Assembly: GCF_018350175.1 (NCBI RefSeq)
Contig: NC_058368.1
Coordinates: forward strand, 126,482,001-126,546,000
Length of the DNA: 64,000 nt
Direction: 5' to 3'
Origin: Felis catus
Lineage: Eukaryota
Shown here: in pieces, positions 26,640 through 39,030 of the stretch
Layout: each line of letters begins with the position of its first letter
Numbering within the stretch: position 1 is the first letter of the stretch
The notes under the pieces: generated by a model
Told to the model about the DNA's origin: nothing
The model's input: the letters and a program-made list of their open reading frames with translations, nothing else
The model's database searches: none
Translations under genes and position numbers: made by a program

Positions 26640-26846
26640 GGGCCACCTGGGTGGCTCAAAGGGTTAAGTGTCCGACTTCAGCTCAGGTCATCATCTCCCG
26701 GGTTATGAGTTCGAGCCCCGTGTCAGGCTTTGTGCTGACAGCTTGGAGCCTGGAGCCTGCTTTGGATTCTGTGTCTCCCTGTCTGTCTGCCCCTCCCCCA
26801 ATCACACTGTGTTACCCCCTCCCCCCTCAAAAATAAATAAACATTA
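26640..26846 (+). mobile_element. Can-SINE, head-to-head with the previous element
   Basis: TSD aaaatgttacagaga on both sides. Confidence 0.93.
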
Positions 26847-28069
26847 AAAATGTTACAGAGAATGATTTGTTTCATGATAGACCTATCAAGCCTATATAAT
26901 TCATAAGATAGCAACAAAAATTAATAGTAAAGCAGTCTTGAGAACTATTTCAAAGAAAAAACTTTGGACTGGTTTGGATACAAAAAGATCAGAAGCCTAT
27001 CTAGTTTTCAAGTAAATTGTATTGCCCTAGAAACCAGGACCCTAGCAAAAACAAAACAAAACAAAAAACAAAACAAAAAAACACAAACCTTTGATATTAA
27101 TAGAAAGTGAGTTGCAAAAACTGTGCATTTCCCAAGGAGGGCATTGTTCCCAAAGCCAGCATCAGATGAGACCAGGCAGTTTCCAGGAGAAAGACCCTCC
27201 CAGGGTGTGGAACCAGAGCCTGCAGTGGAGGAAAAGAGCTGCTTCCAGAGAACTTTCAGAAGGCACACCCACTTCTTAGAAATATTGGCTTCAGATCAAT
27301 ATGTATTTCAAACTTACATTTGTTTGATAAGAATTCACTAAGTGGCCACATGTAATAGTGAGAGGCTGGGACATAGGGTCCATAAGGTACAAGTAGAAGG
27401 AAAAAAGATTTGGGTGAACAGCTGGTAGACTGGGCCATACCCACCCTTCACTCTCTTTGAGGCCCATTCCCCTCCCAGGCTAAGCACCCGCTCTTCCTAC
27501 TTCCTTCCCTGCCTTCTTGAGAAGGCCTGCTGGCCCTCTCCCTTCGGTTGCCTTCACTCTTCGTTTCCATTTGGTTCAGCTTCCATCGCCACAGGCCAGT
27601 GAATGTGTTCACACTAAGGCCGAAAATTGTATCCTCAGTATCAGATACAGACCTATTTCCAGGCCTCTTCCTCAGCCACATTTTCCTCATAACTTCTTTG
27701 GATTGTTTGGCATCAGCCTTCCCCGGTTCTTCTTTCAGCAGTGACCATTTCTTCGGGTTCTCTCTTATTAGTTGTTCCTCTCTGCGTCTCCCATACGTAC
27801 TGGGACTCCCTGGGTTGTTCCTCTTATCCTTTCTCTTTGATCTTTTACACGGATCCCACATGATCCATTTGACTTATTTCTTTTGCCCAAATGTAAATCT
27901 CTGCTCTTGAACTTTAAGCCATTCATGAGACCCACAGACAACTTCATTCATTCCTCAGGCCCTCCACTTATTAGTCTAAAACAGAATTAAGTTTCCTTAA
28001 AAACTGCTATCGCCCTATTCCTTGGCATCCTCAGATATCGTAAAGATGACTAACGTATAACAAATATCT

Positions 28070-28285
28070 TCCACCTACCATGCAAGCACTGGGTGAGGCA
28101 TCCTACATGCATTACATTATTAAATTCTTGTGGGACTGTGTGATGTCATTTCACTATCCTCATAATGAGCAACTGCAGCTCAGAGAAGTTAAGTCATTCC
28201 CTTATAGTCACCCAGCTAGTAAGTGGCAGAACTAGGATTTGAATCCAGTTCTTAGATGTCATGCTTTTAATCATTAGACTACTGT
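28070..28285. mobile_element. MIR
   Basis: gctcagagaagttaagtcattcccttatagtcacccagctagtaagtggcagaactaggatttgaatccag. Confidence 0.75.
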
Positions 28286-28479
28286 CTGAATCAATTTTTG
28301 TAAAATGAATAATGGGAATTTGGTTGTCCTGTTATTCTACATATAATACTCGATACAAGGTCAATAATTTGTGGAAAATAAGAAAGGCATTGTTTTGTCA
28401 ATTGAAACGTATCTTGGTAAAGATGAAATTGATGCTAGTCATTTTAGTTAATTCAAAAAATGTTTTTTAATGTTTTATT

Positions 28480-28698
28480 CTTTTTTTTAAATTTTTTTCA
28501 ACGTTTTTTTATTTATTTTTGGGATAAAGAGAGACAGAGCTTGAACAGGGGAGGGGCAGAGAGAGAGGGAGACACAGGATCGGAAACAGGCTCCGAGCCA
28601 TCAGCCCAGAGCCTGACGCGGGGCTCGAACTCACAGACCACGAGATGGTGACCTGGCTGAAGTAGGACGCTTAACCGACTGCGCCACCCAGGCGCCCC
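28480..28698 (-). mobile_element. Young Can-SINE inserted into the tail of an older SINE
   Basis: Complete element ending gcgccacccaggcgcccc; TSD-like tgttttatt on both sides. Confidence 0.92.
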
Positions 28699-28902
28699 AT
28701 TGTTTTATTTATTCTTGAGAGGCAGAGAGACAGAATGTGGGCGGGGGAGAGGCAGAGAGAGAGGGAGACAAAGAATTGGAAGTAGCCTCCAGGCTGGGAG
28801 CTGTCAGCACAGAGCCTGAAGCGGGGCTGAAACTCACAAAGCCTGAGATCATGACCTGAGCTGAAGTCGGTTGGATACTTAACTGAGCCTCCCAGGTGCT
28901 CC
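28699..28902 (-). mobile_element. Older Can-SINE (rest of its tail at ~28461-28479)
   Basis: gagctgtcagcacagagcctgaagcggggctgaaactc...cccaggtgctcc. Confidence 0.88.
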
Positions 28903-30244
28903 TCACTTAATTTTATAATCGCCATCTAGTCAGCTCTATGATTTGGTAACATTGTGGCCAATTTAACTTGGATTTGCTTTCTGTAAATAATTAAATGAAC
29001 AATTCCTGAAGGTATGTAGAAAGATAAAAAGTTATCCTTTAACTTGGATCTTAAAAAATAGCCACAGGTGTCACTGGTAGCAGAATAGCTGTGAACATAC
29101 TAAAAATAATCTGGATAACTGATACTTGTGTCATTTATCCTAAATTTACCTAATTATGGAATTATTCCATATTAAGTAATATTGGGGATTTTTAAAGGAT
29201 AATGATGCTCTTTTAGCTGTTAGGACTTTATCTCCTAGTACACTCGACCACATGTCCTGTACTTAGGAAATCTAAGGTTACAGCACAACAAGCATCAAAT
29301 TCTCAATGGCATGTAATTGGTGATTAGCTACTCAGACTATTGGCAATTGTGCCACATTTTTATTTTGGAAACTTACGTAAATTGCACTCTGTTGAAAACA
29401 TACGTTAAAATGTCTGATTTGGCTTCCAGGTTGATACATGATTGAAAGTAATGATTTTCTACCTTTCAAGCTATCACTTGTGACCTTCTAAATTCCCTGG
29501 TGTAAATTGCCTGTTTCTGAAATCATGCATTTGTGTGACCACATCCAATTAATTGCGACACCGCTCCTGAAAAGGTTTCCTGCCTCTCACTCTCCATAAA
29601 ATAGTTCCTTAGCTTTGCAGGGATTTTATTTCAATACTATATTTAGTTTGATCTCCCTGGGATGTTGCAAACAGAAGCGTGAGTTCCCTAGTGGGGGAGA
29701 AACAGCAGGATTAGAAGAACAATCAAAAAGTAAATATCTGGCTTTAAAAACATTCTGGGTTGTAAAGAACAAAACAATATGAGGATGCTCGTAAATCGAC
29801 AGAACTGCGTTTCTCAGGGGCTTTCTCTTGCATGAATTATCCCAGGCAAGTCAGACTTCAGCTTTCTCTGACAGGAAAAAATAAATATGCTGTGAAGCTG
29901 AGGAGCAGTGTCTGTTATTACTGCTGTTGTAATGCTTAAAATTTTATTGAGGCTTGGTATTGAGCTCTTGTAGGTCTGATGTGTTGGTGACTAGACTTAC
30001 TAATTGCATTAAGTGGGCAAGCGGAGTGAATCTGAGCAGCGCAATTCACGGAAGTCGTAGTTGTAGGTGAGGCAACGAAGGTAGAGGCAACATCAATGGG
30101 CCAGGAGTCCAGACAGGTGGAGCGTCCAGCCTGGGAACTGTCAAGTGCAACCTTGGGTGAGTTTAGCTCATCTTCCACCAAACTAGCACCTAAAGCTAAG
30201 GCTTCTCAGTCTCTTCTTGGTTTTAGTATTCTATGACTTAATAA

Positions 30245-30335
30245 TGGCTTAAACGGTTGAGCGCCCGACTTGGACTCACGTCGCGATCTCACGGTCCGTG
30301 AGGTCAAGCCCCGCATCGGGCTCTGTGCTGATAGC
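30245..30335 (+). mobile_element. Can-SINE head-only fragment (tRNA-derived part)
   Basis: tggcttaaacggttgagcgcccgacttggactcacgtcgcgatctcacggtccgtgaggtcaagccccgcatcgggctctgtgctgatagc; no CT tract and no SINE tail. Confidence 0.8.
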
Positions 30336-31704
30336 ATAATTCCCGAAGCCAACCATTAGAGATATTCCAGAAATTTTATAACGTAAATAACACGAACAAT
30401 AATTCTCTTCTCCATCTGGAGTTTTGAAAAAAAAAATGAGAAAAAAGACAAAATAGTTAACAGATTTTAACAGAAGGTTATTTTTTTTTTAATTTTTAAA
30501 ATTAAAATAAAAAATTTTTAGCAGGAAGTCAAAAAAAACCTCTATTATTTATAAGGCAAATATTGGAGACTGAAGCATTGTGTGAAAGCCCCAGAGTCAG
30601 ACAGACTTATCTCCCAGTCATAGAAGGTCCTGGTTCACCCAGGCATCTCTCGGAGGAATAGAAAGTAAACTTTTTGCAATAAAGTTAGTTATTTATCTGT
30701 TTTCCCCCCTAAACTCACTAATCAGATAAGTCACTCTGGGCAAGGGTGAATGAGGGAAGGGGGGAGGTCAGGATGCTCCGCTCACGGATGGCCCCCTAGT
30801 TGGAAGGAAAAATGAAAAATGGATAAGAAGTGTTTCCATCTTAACCATTTCTCCTGACTCTTCATTTATAATGTTCCTCATTTTCATGCCAGGTATTTCC
30901 AGTGTTAAAATTATTTAAAATATTTTGATCAATACGAAAAATAATTGTTATAATTGGCACTAGCTGAGGTACTGTTACAGGCTCTGTTCCCTCTATCTTT
31001 ATATTTGCAAATGGACAGCAGGACAGAAAAAGCCAGACAGGATTACAGGTGATGAGAATCTGTCCCTTAAATCTTACCAACAGACTGCAAAGGAAGGGCT
31101 GAGGTGCTTTGTGTTGTTTAATAACCAAACTGACTGGTTCAATAATCAGATAATATTAATAAAAAAGTGTTTTATTATCAAAAGTAGTTGTGGCTTTGGG
31201 AAGCATGGTTTCCAAGAGTGTAAGAGGCATTGGAGCCCATGTGATTCGCATGTAGCCTCCTGATGAACCCAGAGTGTGTCTACTGGGCACTCAGTAGATG
31301 TATTAGAATTATTCAGGTCCAAGTGAGATAGAGCAGGTCTCCCTCTGCAAAGCTGATCAGGCCACAGTGCATCAGCAAGTGCAACAGGCTGATTATTAAC
31401 ACCACAAATTACAAATTGAGAGATCGCTGGATTCTTATTTTCTATCACGGCTCTCCTACATGAATGTGGACGACACCTATTTCCATGACCAATCATGTGT
31501 CTCACTTCTAATAGAAAAAATATGCTTCAGATTTATACGGATGCATGAAATATAACTAACTAGAGATAGAGAAGCAGAAATACACTCTTTGAGTAGGATG
31601 GCTGGGGGAGCTCTGGGTGTTCTTCAAAGGCAACAGGAAAATAAGACCACACCATTTTCCCATTCATCTTCCTCCCCCCACCCCGCCCCCGCCCCATCCA
31701 GCTA

Positions 31705-32030
31705 GCCCACATATGTTTTATGAGCACCTGGTATTTACCAGGCACTGTATACAAAGAGAAAGACACAGATCTGTCTTTTTAAAGCAGACAAGAGTAAAAA
31801 TATAAGACAGGGGTCATTAGTGTGATTTATGAAAGACTAGAAATAGCCAAGAAGCAGGTAACATGGGAGCAGAGAAAATGAGAATTTCACTTTTGTGAGA
31901 GAACTGCAGGGGTGTTTTCCAGAAGAAGTGAAAACTTCTCTGATCCCTGAAGTCAAGGAGGGATTAACTGGGGTTTGAGAGGGTTGGGGAGCAGGGCATT
32001 CCTTGAAGAGGGAGCAGGATGAAATCAAGG
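31705..32030 (-). mobile_element. L2 fragment
   Basis: atatgttttatgagcacctggtatttaccaggcactgt followed by the purine-rich L2 body. Confidence 0.45.
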
Positions 32031-35000
32031 TGGGCCTGGGGCTTCAGGTAGCAGATACAGCTGGTCAGGCAGGGCCTGAAGGTTGACACAGTTGGTCAGG
32101 CAGGGCCTGAAGGTAAGGAACTAACACATGTGTACTCTGCTCCAGGAGAGGAGAGGCCAATTCTAGAAACAAACTTCATGCATCGTCACTTTGCTGTGAT
32201 TTAGGCAGGATGGCAGCTGGTCTCTGGAGCCTAAGGGACTTTCTACAAGTATAGAATCTCATGAACAATCCTTGGCTACATGTTTTATAAGAAAGGAAGC
32301 CTAATGACTTCCTCCCCCGCCCTCCCCACCCTGCCCCAATGTTGTCCTTGATTTCTATTTTGACTGTTTTCTTTGAAATGTTGGAATCCTCTCGGGCACC
32401 ATCCATGACTATCCCAAGGCAAGGTCAGGAACCCCTCTCTGTTCTCATAGCATCTTCTCTCACCACAGGTAGCATATTATGTTGTAACTGATACTTGAAA
32501 ATAGCGTGTGTCTCCATTTCTCAAAGGGCATAAAGCAATGTATTTATGCAGTACCTTTGCATCCTTCCCACCTTGGCACTGTATCTGACATCTATTAGCA
32601 CTTGATAAAGATTAACTGAAAGAATGAACCTATGAATACCTGAGGTAGCCCTCCTGATGAGTTTTAACAAAACCTATGTTACACGAGGTTTCATAAGAAA
32701 ACCATGTCAGCAGTGCAAGCTTTCACACCAATAACCCATCCGACAAAGCAGAGGCAATTTTCGCCTGTGGGTGACTGGTAGAGTTCCAGGTGATAGTAAG
32801 AAGAGGGAGCATACCTTTTCTTGGTGGGGACCAACCTCATTCAGAAGGGTACGGAGTGCTAGAAATGGAGATCGGATCGTGCAATGGAAGTAGAAGGCAG
32901 CAAACCAGTTTTGTCTCTTTATCATTTTGCCCCCAGCTCTCAATAGTTGGACCCTTCACCATTCATGGGGGCAGGGAAAGCTGATCCCATGCATCCCTAT
33001 CTTGGGTTTTAGTGTGTTCATTAAATAGGGAGAACAGTGATCACTCATGACCGACACATTCAATTAGGAGCTGCACAAATAATTCTCCTCAAGCTGCCCC
33101 TTGGCACCTTCTGCTGTATCATTTGAAAGTGATGAATCAGCTAAGGAGAATAATGATCCCACTCTGTATAGCTCATCTGGTATTGCAGGCTGTGGATGTT
33201 TAGCTCCGAGTCCATCCGCAATGTATCCAGATACAAAGGAACATTGTGTTAGTTGTTCCCATATTACTGCTCCTTAAAAGCCATGACTCAAATCTAATCC
33301 AGACCATTTATGTTGAAAAGCTGTTGGATGAAGCAGTGAAGCCAATTAAGAGAAAAATGAGTACTCAGGATGATAAAAAATCCCCACAACCAGCCTGTTA
33401 GCTAATAAGGTAGAATAACAGCTTCCTCAACCCGAAACTTTGAGTTTACTTAGGGTGACAATTTATGCCTTCAAGCAACCTCACAAGAATACCTGAGAGC
33501 AGATGGTTTTGTGTTGAGTCCAGGATAGAAAAGTTCCATAAGAATTTTTAAAGGTGACACACTGAAGTTAGAGATAATGTCATTCCTCAGGATTAATAAT
33601 GCACACAGCCTTACATGTACCTGAATTAAGTAGGTCTAGAGATTGAAGGCCACCCCATTCCTTTGATATTGAGTACCCTCTAGTGCTTTGGTATGGCCTT
33701 GTGTTCTCTTTGCAGCAACTATGTAAGGTTAAATGAATACTATCTGTGTTTCACAGATTAAAAATACCTGAAAATCAAAAGCTATAGGTGACATATATGT
33801 GGAATGGAAAATGCTACCATTCTTAGATTACGAAAATCAGAATTTTCATGTAAGTTTTGATGCAGAGTAGTTCATGGCTGTGAACAGATCACCACTTCCC
33901 AGGGCTCACTGGAAAATGAGAGACTGAAGCTGGAAAGTCACAAAGTCATTCAAAGAAATAAAGACTGCTAGTTCCTGGAGAATTCCACATATCATAAAAT
34001 TAATTATCAGAAGGACCCAAGTCCATCTCTGTAATTACCTTCTAATTTATTTTTCCTCAGCACGTTGCTTTTCTAATAGCAATAATTTCATTCATTCATT
34101 CAAAAAAAGAAAACAAACAAACCATGTATTGATGAGTCTTATAGATCCCATACTGTGGATACAGAGATGAATGAGACTCTCCCCTTAGTATCTCCCTTTA
34201 GAGAGATCACAGTTTAGAGAGATCAGAGTTTAACATGTGACTGTGTAGTTTTTGGATTTATGAAAGGGAGTTTTCAATATAAATGGAAATCCCTCCTAAA
34301 TTCTTTAACATAAATGGAAATCATGCTCCAAATGTAAAACACAAAACAAAAACTCTCATTTTTAGAAAGATTTTAGCACAAGATCCAGAAACTTATTTCC
34401 TTAAATAGTTATGTAAACTCTCTGTAGAATGTTCTACGGCCTGTCAAGGAGACAAGTGAACTTAGAATTTGCTCAGATTCATCATGGAGCCATGGACCCA
34501 TGGATTCATCATGGGTCCAGGACGCTGTACCACTACTTTCCCAGGCATCTCTTCTAAGTGGTCAGTGCCCATTTGGGACTAGTTGTTAAATATTTTACAG
34601 ATCACAGCTGCAATCCAAGTGTCTTTCCAAGGACCATTTTCCAAACTTATGACTCTAACTTTTTTTGTTAGGGTCACTGACCTCCAGTTTCAGATTTTAT
34701 TCTCTCTTTGGGAGCTGCTGTGGATGTGATGATTGGTACCTTCCTGGGCTTCTCTGTCTTCTCTCAAACCCTGACTTAACAGCCCCACCTTAATCCACAT
34801 TGTTCCCCTCCTGAGTGTACTGACCATGCAGTTGGGGGGTCTGATATTCCAAGGCACACAGAATTTTCATGATCCCCTTTGCGTTTTTTGGTCCCTCTCT
34901 GTCATTCTCCATCTAGCCTGACAGGCTCCTGGCTTCTCTTCCCTACTGTCTTCCTCTCAGTCTTCCTCCAAAAAAGGTATTTCCATCTCCACCTCTTCAA

Positions 35001-36894
35001 AATCTACCTGGTCAACATTACTTTTCCTGGGAACCTGGGCGTGATTAGCTGAAGTAAAAACACATCTGTGCTAAAATGATCTAATGCCCTGGCCCTCCCA
35101 GACAGGACATTGGCCTGATGACTAGAGACTGCTGAAGAGAAAGCCTCAGCTCAGGAAGCAGATTTCTCTGTTCTTCCAAGAGCTAGCACAGCATCAGACT
35201 ACACTGTTCCAACCCCCATTTGTGACGGGCCTTGATTTATTCTTTCTTCTCTGCAATCCTGATTTCCTGCCTTTCTGTTTATAATTTACAATTTGTATGC
35301 AAAGAATTGTCAGCCCCTGACCCTTACAAACTGAAAAAAATATTGCATAATCTCTTTCTTGGAATCCTGATTACACAGATTCAAAACCTCAGCTACATAG
35401 CCAGGGACGTTTTAAAATGAGCAAACATTAAATACTGGCTTTGCACCCTTTGCATTTTCTTAATGTGACAGGATTTCTAACTCTGGTCTCTGTTCAGACT
35501 GAAGACGCAAGGCATGTCTTATGCCAGTGGGTTAGAAAAAGGATGTTTCTTGATAAGTTCTTAGCCACATCAAGGTAAGGGAGCAGAGATCAGCGTCTAC
35601 GAAGAGAGAGAAGAAAGGAGAGAAATTAAGTGAGAGAACAAAAGAGGGAATGGTAGGAGAGACTGCGATGGCTAGACAATAGAGTAGCTGTCAAGAAAGA
35701 TTAAGAGCACCAAATCTAAAAGTCTGGTTTTTTGACTGAAAAATGAGGAGTAATGAAGAATGAATTTAGCAAGTAATTGAGTAACCCTAGTCGAGTAAGG
35801 AGAAACCCTGAGAGTTTCTGACACATGTGGTAATTGGCCTATGTATGCTAAATGTTATCAACTCTGCATTCACATACAATGAAATCTTTTCAAAGCTCAG
35901 TTTGTCAGCTTTCACAGTTATCGCTGTAAACTGTAAGTGGGGAGGCTACTCCTGGAAAAAATAATTGTGGTCATATTCGTTAAGCTTCTATTTATTATCA
36001 TCTCTGAATTTCTGTGTTTCTGCAGATGCTTTGAGTACAGACATTCGCAACCAGGTTTCCCAGTGAATTACTGAGAGTTGGCTAGGAAATCCCTGAGACT
36101 CATTTTGAAAATATTCTTGTACATGCCAGTGTGAAAAAGCCTAATCCCCAGGACAAAAAAGAGAAAACTCAGAACTGAAATAAAGAACAGCTTTGAATGT
36201 TTGGATTAAGCAGGATAATGAATAATCTAAGGGGGATCATTTTTTCTGAGTCTAAATTGATTTGGACATTTGGTTCCACAGGAGGTAGATAACATGTTTG
36301 CCCTGTAGCTGGCATCAGTCTATGATATGTCTATGATAAGTCAGTGACATGGGGATGTTGAACTTAGGCAAATCAGACCCTACTTAAAATCAGATTGTTT
36401 CCTATTACTGTGTAACCTTTAGGATCAGCAGTAGTAGAAGTGACCCCAGTGCCCTGACACTAACTATGTCACATCACAGGTTTGTGAGACCCAAACGTTG
36501 GTCTCCACTAGCTCAGGTCTCAGTACCATTGAACACTTCTTAATCATGACCGACACTGACCCCATTTTTTAGCTTCCTGTCTGTTTTGCATGTTTTCTGC
36601 CACTATTAAATGAGCCAATATATGAGACTACTAGTAATTCTTTAGGTCACTTGTCTTCAAACGGACAGAGGCAATGAGCATACTAGAGGTGGTATTTACT
36701 CCAGGGATGCACAAGATGACATGTTAGCAGTAAATATTAGGATATGAGTTTATGCTTTTAAAATCTATTTTATGATTGTGTTTCCATAAACATAATACAG
36801 TGGTACAATAGTACCTATGGATAACTTACTGCATATATTTGTGAGAATAAGAAACAACAAAACTATGTGTCATGAACAATTTTAATTTCAATCC

Positions 36895-37110
36895 CAAAGC
36901 ATTTATTTAACCACCCATGCATTCTATAAACATTTTTTACACGTATTTTGCACCCAGCACTGTGCTTGGCACTGAGAATACAAAAGTAACCAAGATAAAC
37001 ACAGGCCCTCTGTTCAAAGCTTGCAGTCTTCTTGAAGTAATTCCCAAGGTAACGAATACTATGTAAGCATATAACAGAGGGACCTGGCTTAGTCTGGAGT
37101 TGAGAGCTGT
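36895..37110 (-). mobile_element. L2 fragment
   Basis: ccagcactgtgcttggcactgagaatacaaaagtaaccaagataaacacaggccct. Confidence 0.5.
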
Positions 37111-37464
37111 CAAGAAAGACTTTTAACATTTTCCTTCTATAGTTTTTCTTTGAAATTGGAATATGTTTTATAATACTCTCTAATGAATTGTCCCATAGAG
37201 TGTAGCTATTACATTCAGTTTATATTCCTTAGGAAAGGGAAAGTGATTTTTTTCTCATAAAATTTAATGTTATATGTTTGCTTTATCCATTGTCTCCTGT
37301 AGAGGTGAAGTAATTATTGTATGAGTTGTCCAATTAAAAGTAGTATTATACCTAAGGTTAGAGCATGGCCCAGAGGTTGTCATCATTCTACTGAGAAATC
37401 AATCACAGGACAGATGCTGTTAATGATACATTGTGACTTGCATTTCCAAACCTCTGGTACTGTT

Positions 37465-37474
37465 ACACACACAC

Positions 37475-37511
<37 letters not shown>

Positions 37512-37517
37512 CACACC
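37465..37517. repeat. (CA)n microsatellite
   Basis: About 22 CA units with one CG interruption, then ctacacac. Confidence 0.92.
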
Positions 37518-37959
37518 TGTAAAGACAGGTTTTTTTTTTACCTTGGAAAGAAAAACAGAGAAAAGATGAGATAAATTTGCTAATAGAGATATATATGAAC
37601 TTTTGAATATTAAACATGTAAGTTAGATAAAAAGTAATTAAAATTTTAAGTGAAAATGACTTTTTAATAAAGTACATGACCTTCAAAAATTTAGTTTTAA
37701 ATTACTAAAGTAAGAGTGTTATTAATCATTATACCATATCTAAAATAGAGTCCCTTATATTTCATCACGTCAATCATAAACAAGTAAATTGAGTTCATAA
37801 ATATCTTAAATGATTGTTTTATTTTCATGGCAAAACAAGAGGATGAATGGAGAATGAAATGTAACAAGCAATGAAAAAATAATGAACTTTTCCCTCAACA
37901 CCAGTGCAATGCTCTTTGGGCTGTTTTCTGTATTTATTCTTTTGAATACATTTATTTTG

Positions 37960-39030
37960 CTTAAAACAGATTTATTATTTTTTATAATTATTATAAATGT
38001 TTATTACAAAAAGTCAAAAGAATACAAATAGAGTCAAAGAAGAATATAAAAAATATAAAAATCTTGCCACACACCTATGAGAATGTAATTGTTATCACTT
38101 TGTAGTATACCCTTCTACACCTGTCTGTGTATTTGTAAGCTTGCGGACCTAAATGTGCAATCTTATGAATGACATCATGTTATAAATTACTCTTGAATCT
38201 GCCATTCTATTCAATATTTTATGTGCATCAAATCCATTTCATATATAAGGATTTTAATTCTTTGTTATGTGTATTACAAAGTTGTTTCCAATATCTCCTT
38301 TATTATTTCAGTTTTCCACAAATAGGTAAAATGTTTTGGAAGTACTATACTTCTAGGATTTAAAATGCAGTTGCATTTCCTTCTAGTAATTTTATTTTTG
38401 CTTTGTACATTTAAATCTCTGATTCCTATTCTGGGAAAAAAATATAGGGATCTGGGCTTTTTTTTTTTTTTCAAACTTACTAGCTTGCTGTTTAATTCTA
38501 TTGGCTGAATAATTATTTCTTCCCTTTTGTTTTGGAATGCCACCTTTTCCCAGTATATATTTGGCTAGATTTCTACATACTGTTTTCATCAAACTCTATT
38601 TAATCCTGTGCCAGTACCTTGATTTTAATTACTCCAGCTTTATAGTATGTTTTAATATCCAGAAGGATGTATTTCCATCTTTCTTGTTTATTGTTAAAAT
38701 TTTTCTCTTATTACTCTAACAGATAAACTTTAGAAAAATTCTGATAACTTATAAAATAACATTCTTTTGGGATTTTACTTTGGTTACATTGAATTTATAA
38801 ACTGACTTGGCGAAAACTGATAGTTTCACAGTGTTAAGTTCTTATAGCAAAGCAAAAATATTAACTCTTCATTGATTTGTTTTTTTTCCCACATCATATC
38901 GTTCAGAAAAGTTGCATAATATTCATTTTATAGGATCTTCACGTTTCTCATCAAATCAAGATTTTTTTGTTAGAGTGTGTTGGAACTTGACTTTTCGTTT
39001 CTAAATTTCTGTGTCCCGAGAAAAGCTGTT
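37960..39030 (-). mobile_element. Degraded ancient L1 (L1ME-like)
   Basis: Antisense ORF2-like phrases ctgtgccagtaccttgattttaattactccagctttatagtatgttttaatatc and ttgggattttactttggttacattgaatttataaa. Confidence 0.55.

Noticed and set aside
27448..27910. Overlapping 137-aa and 120-aa ORFs
   Set aside because: Purine/pyrimidine-skewed sequence, probably L2-derived, with no recognisable domain or splice support.
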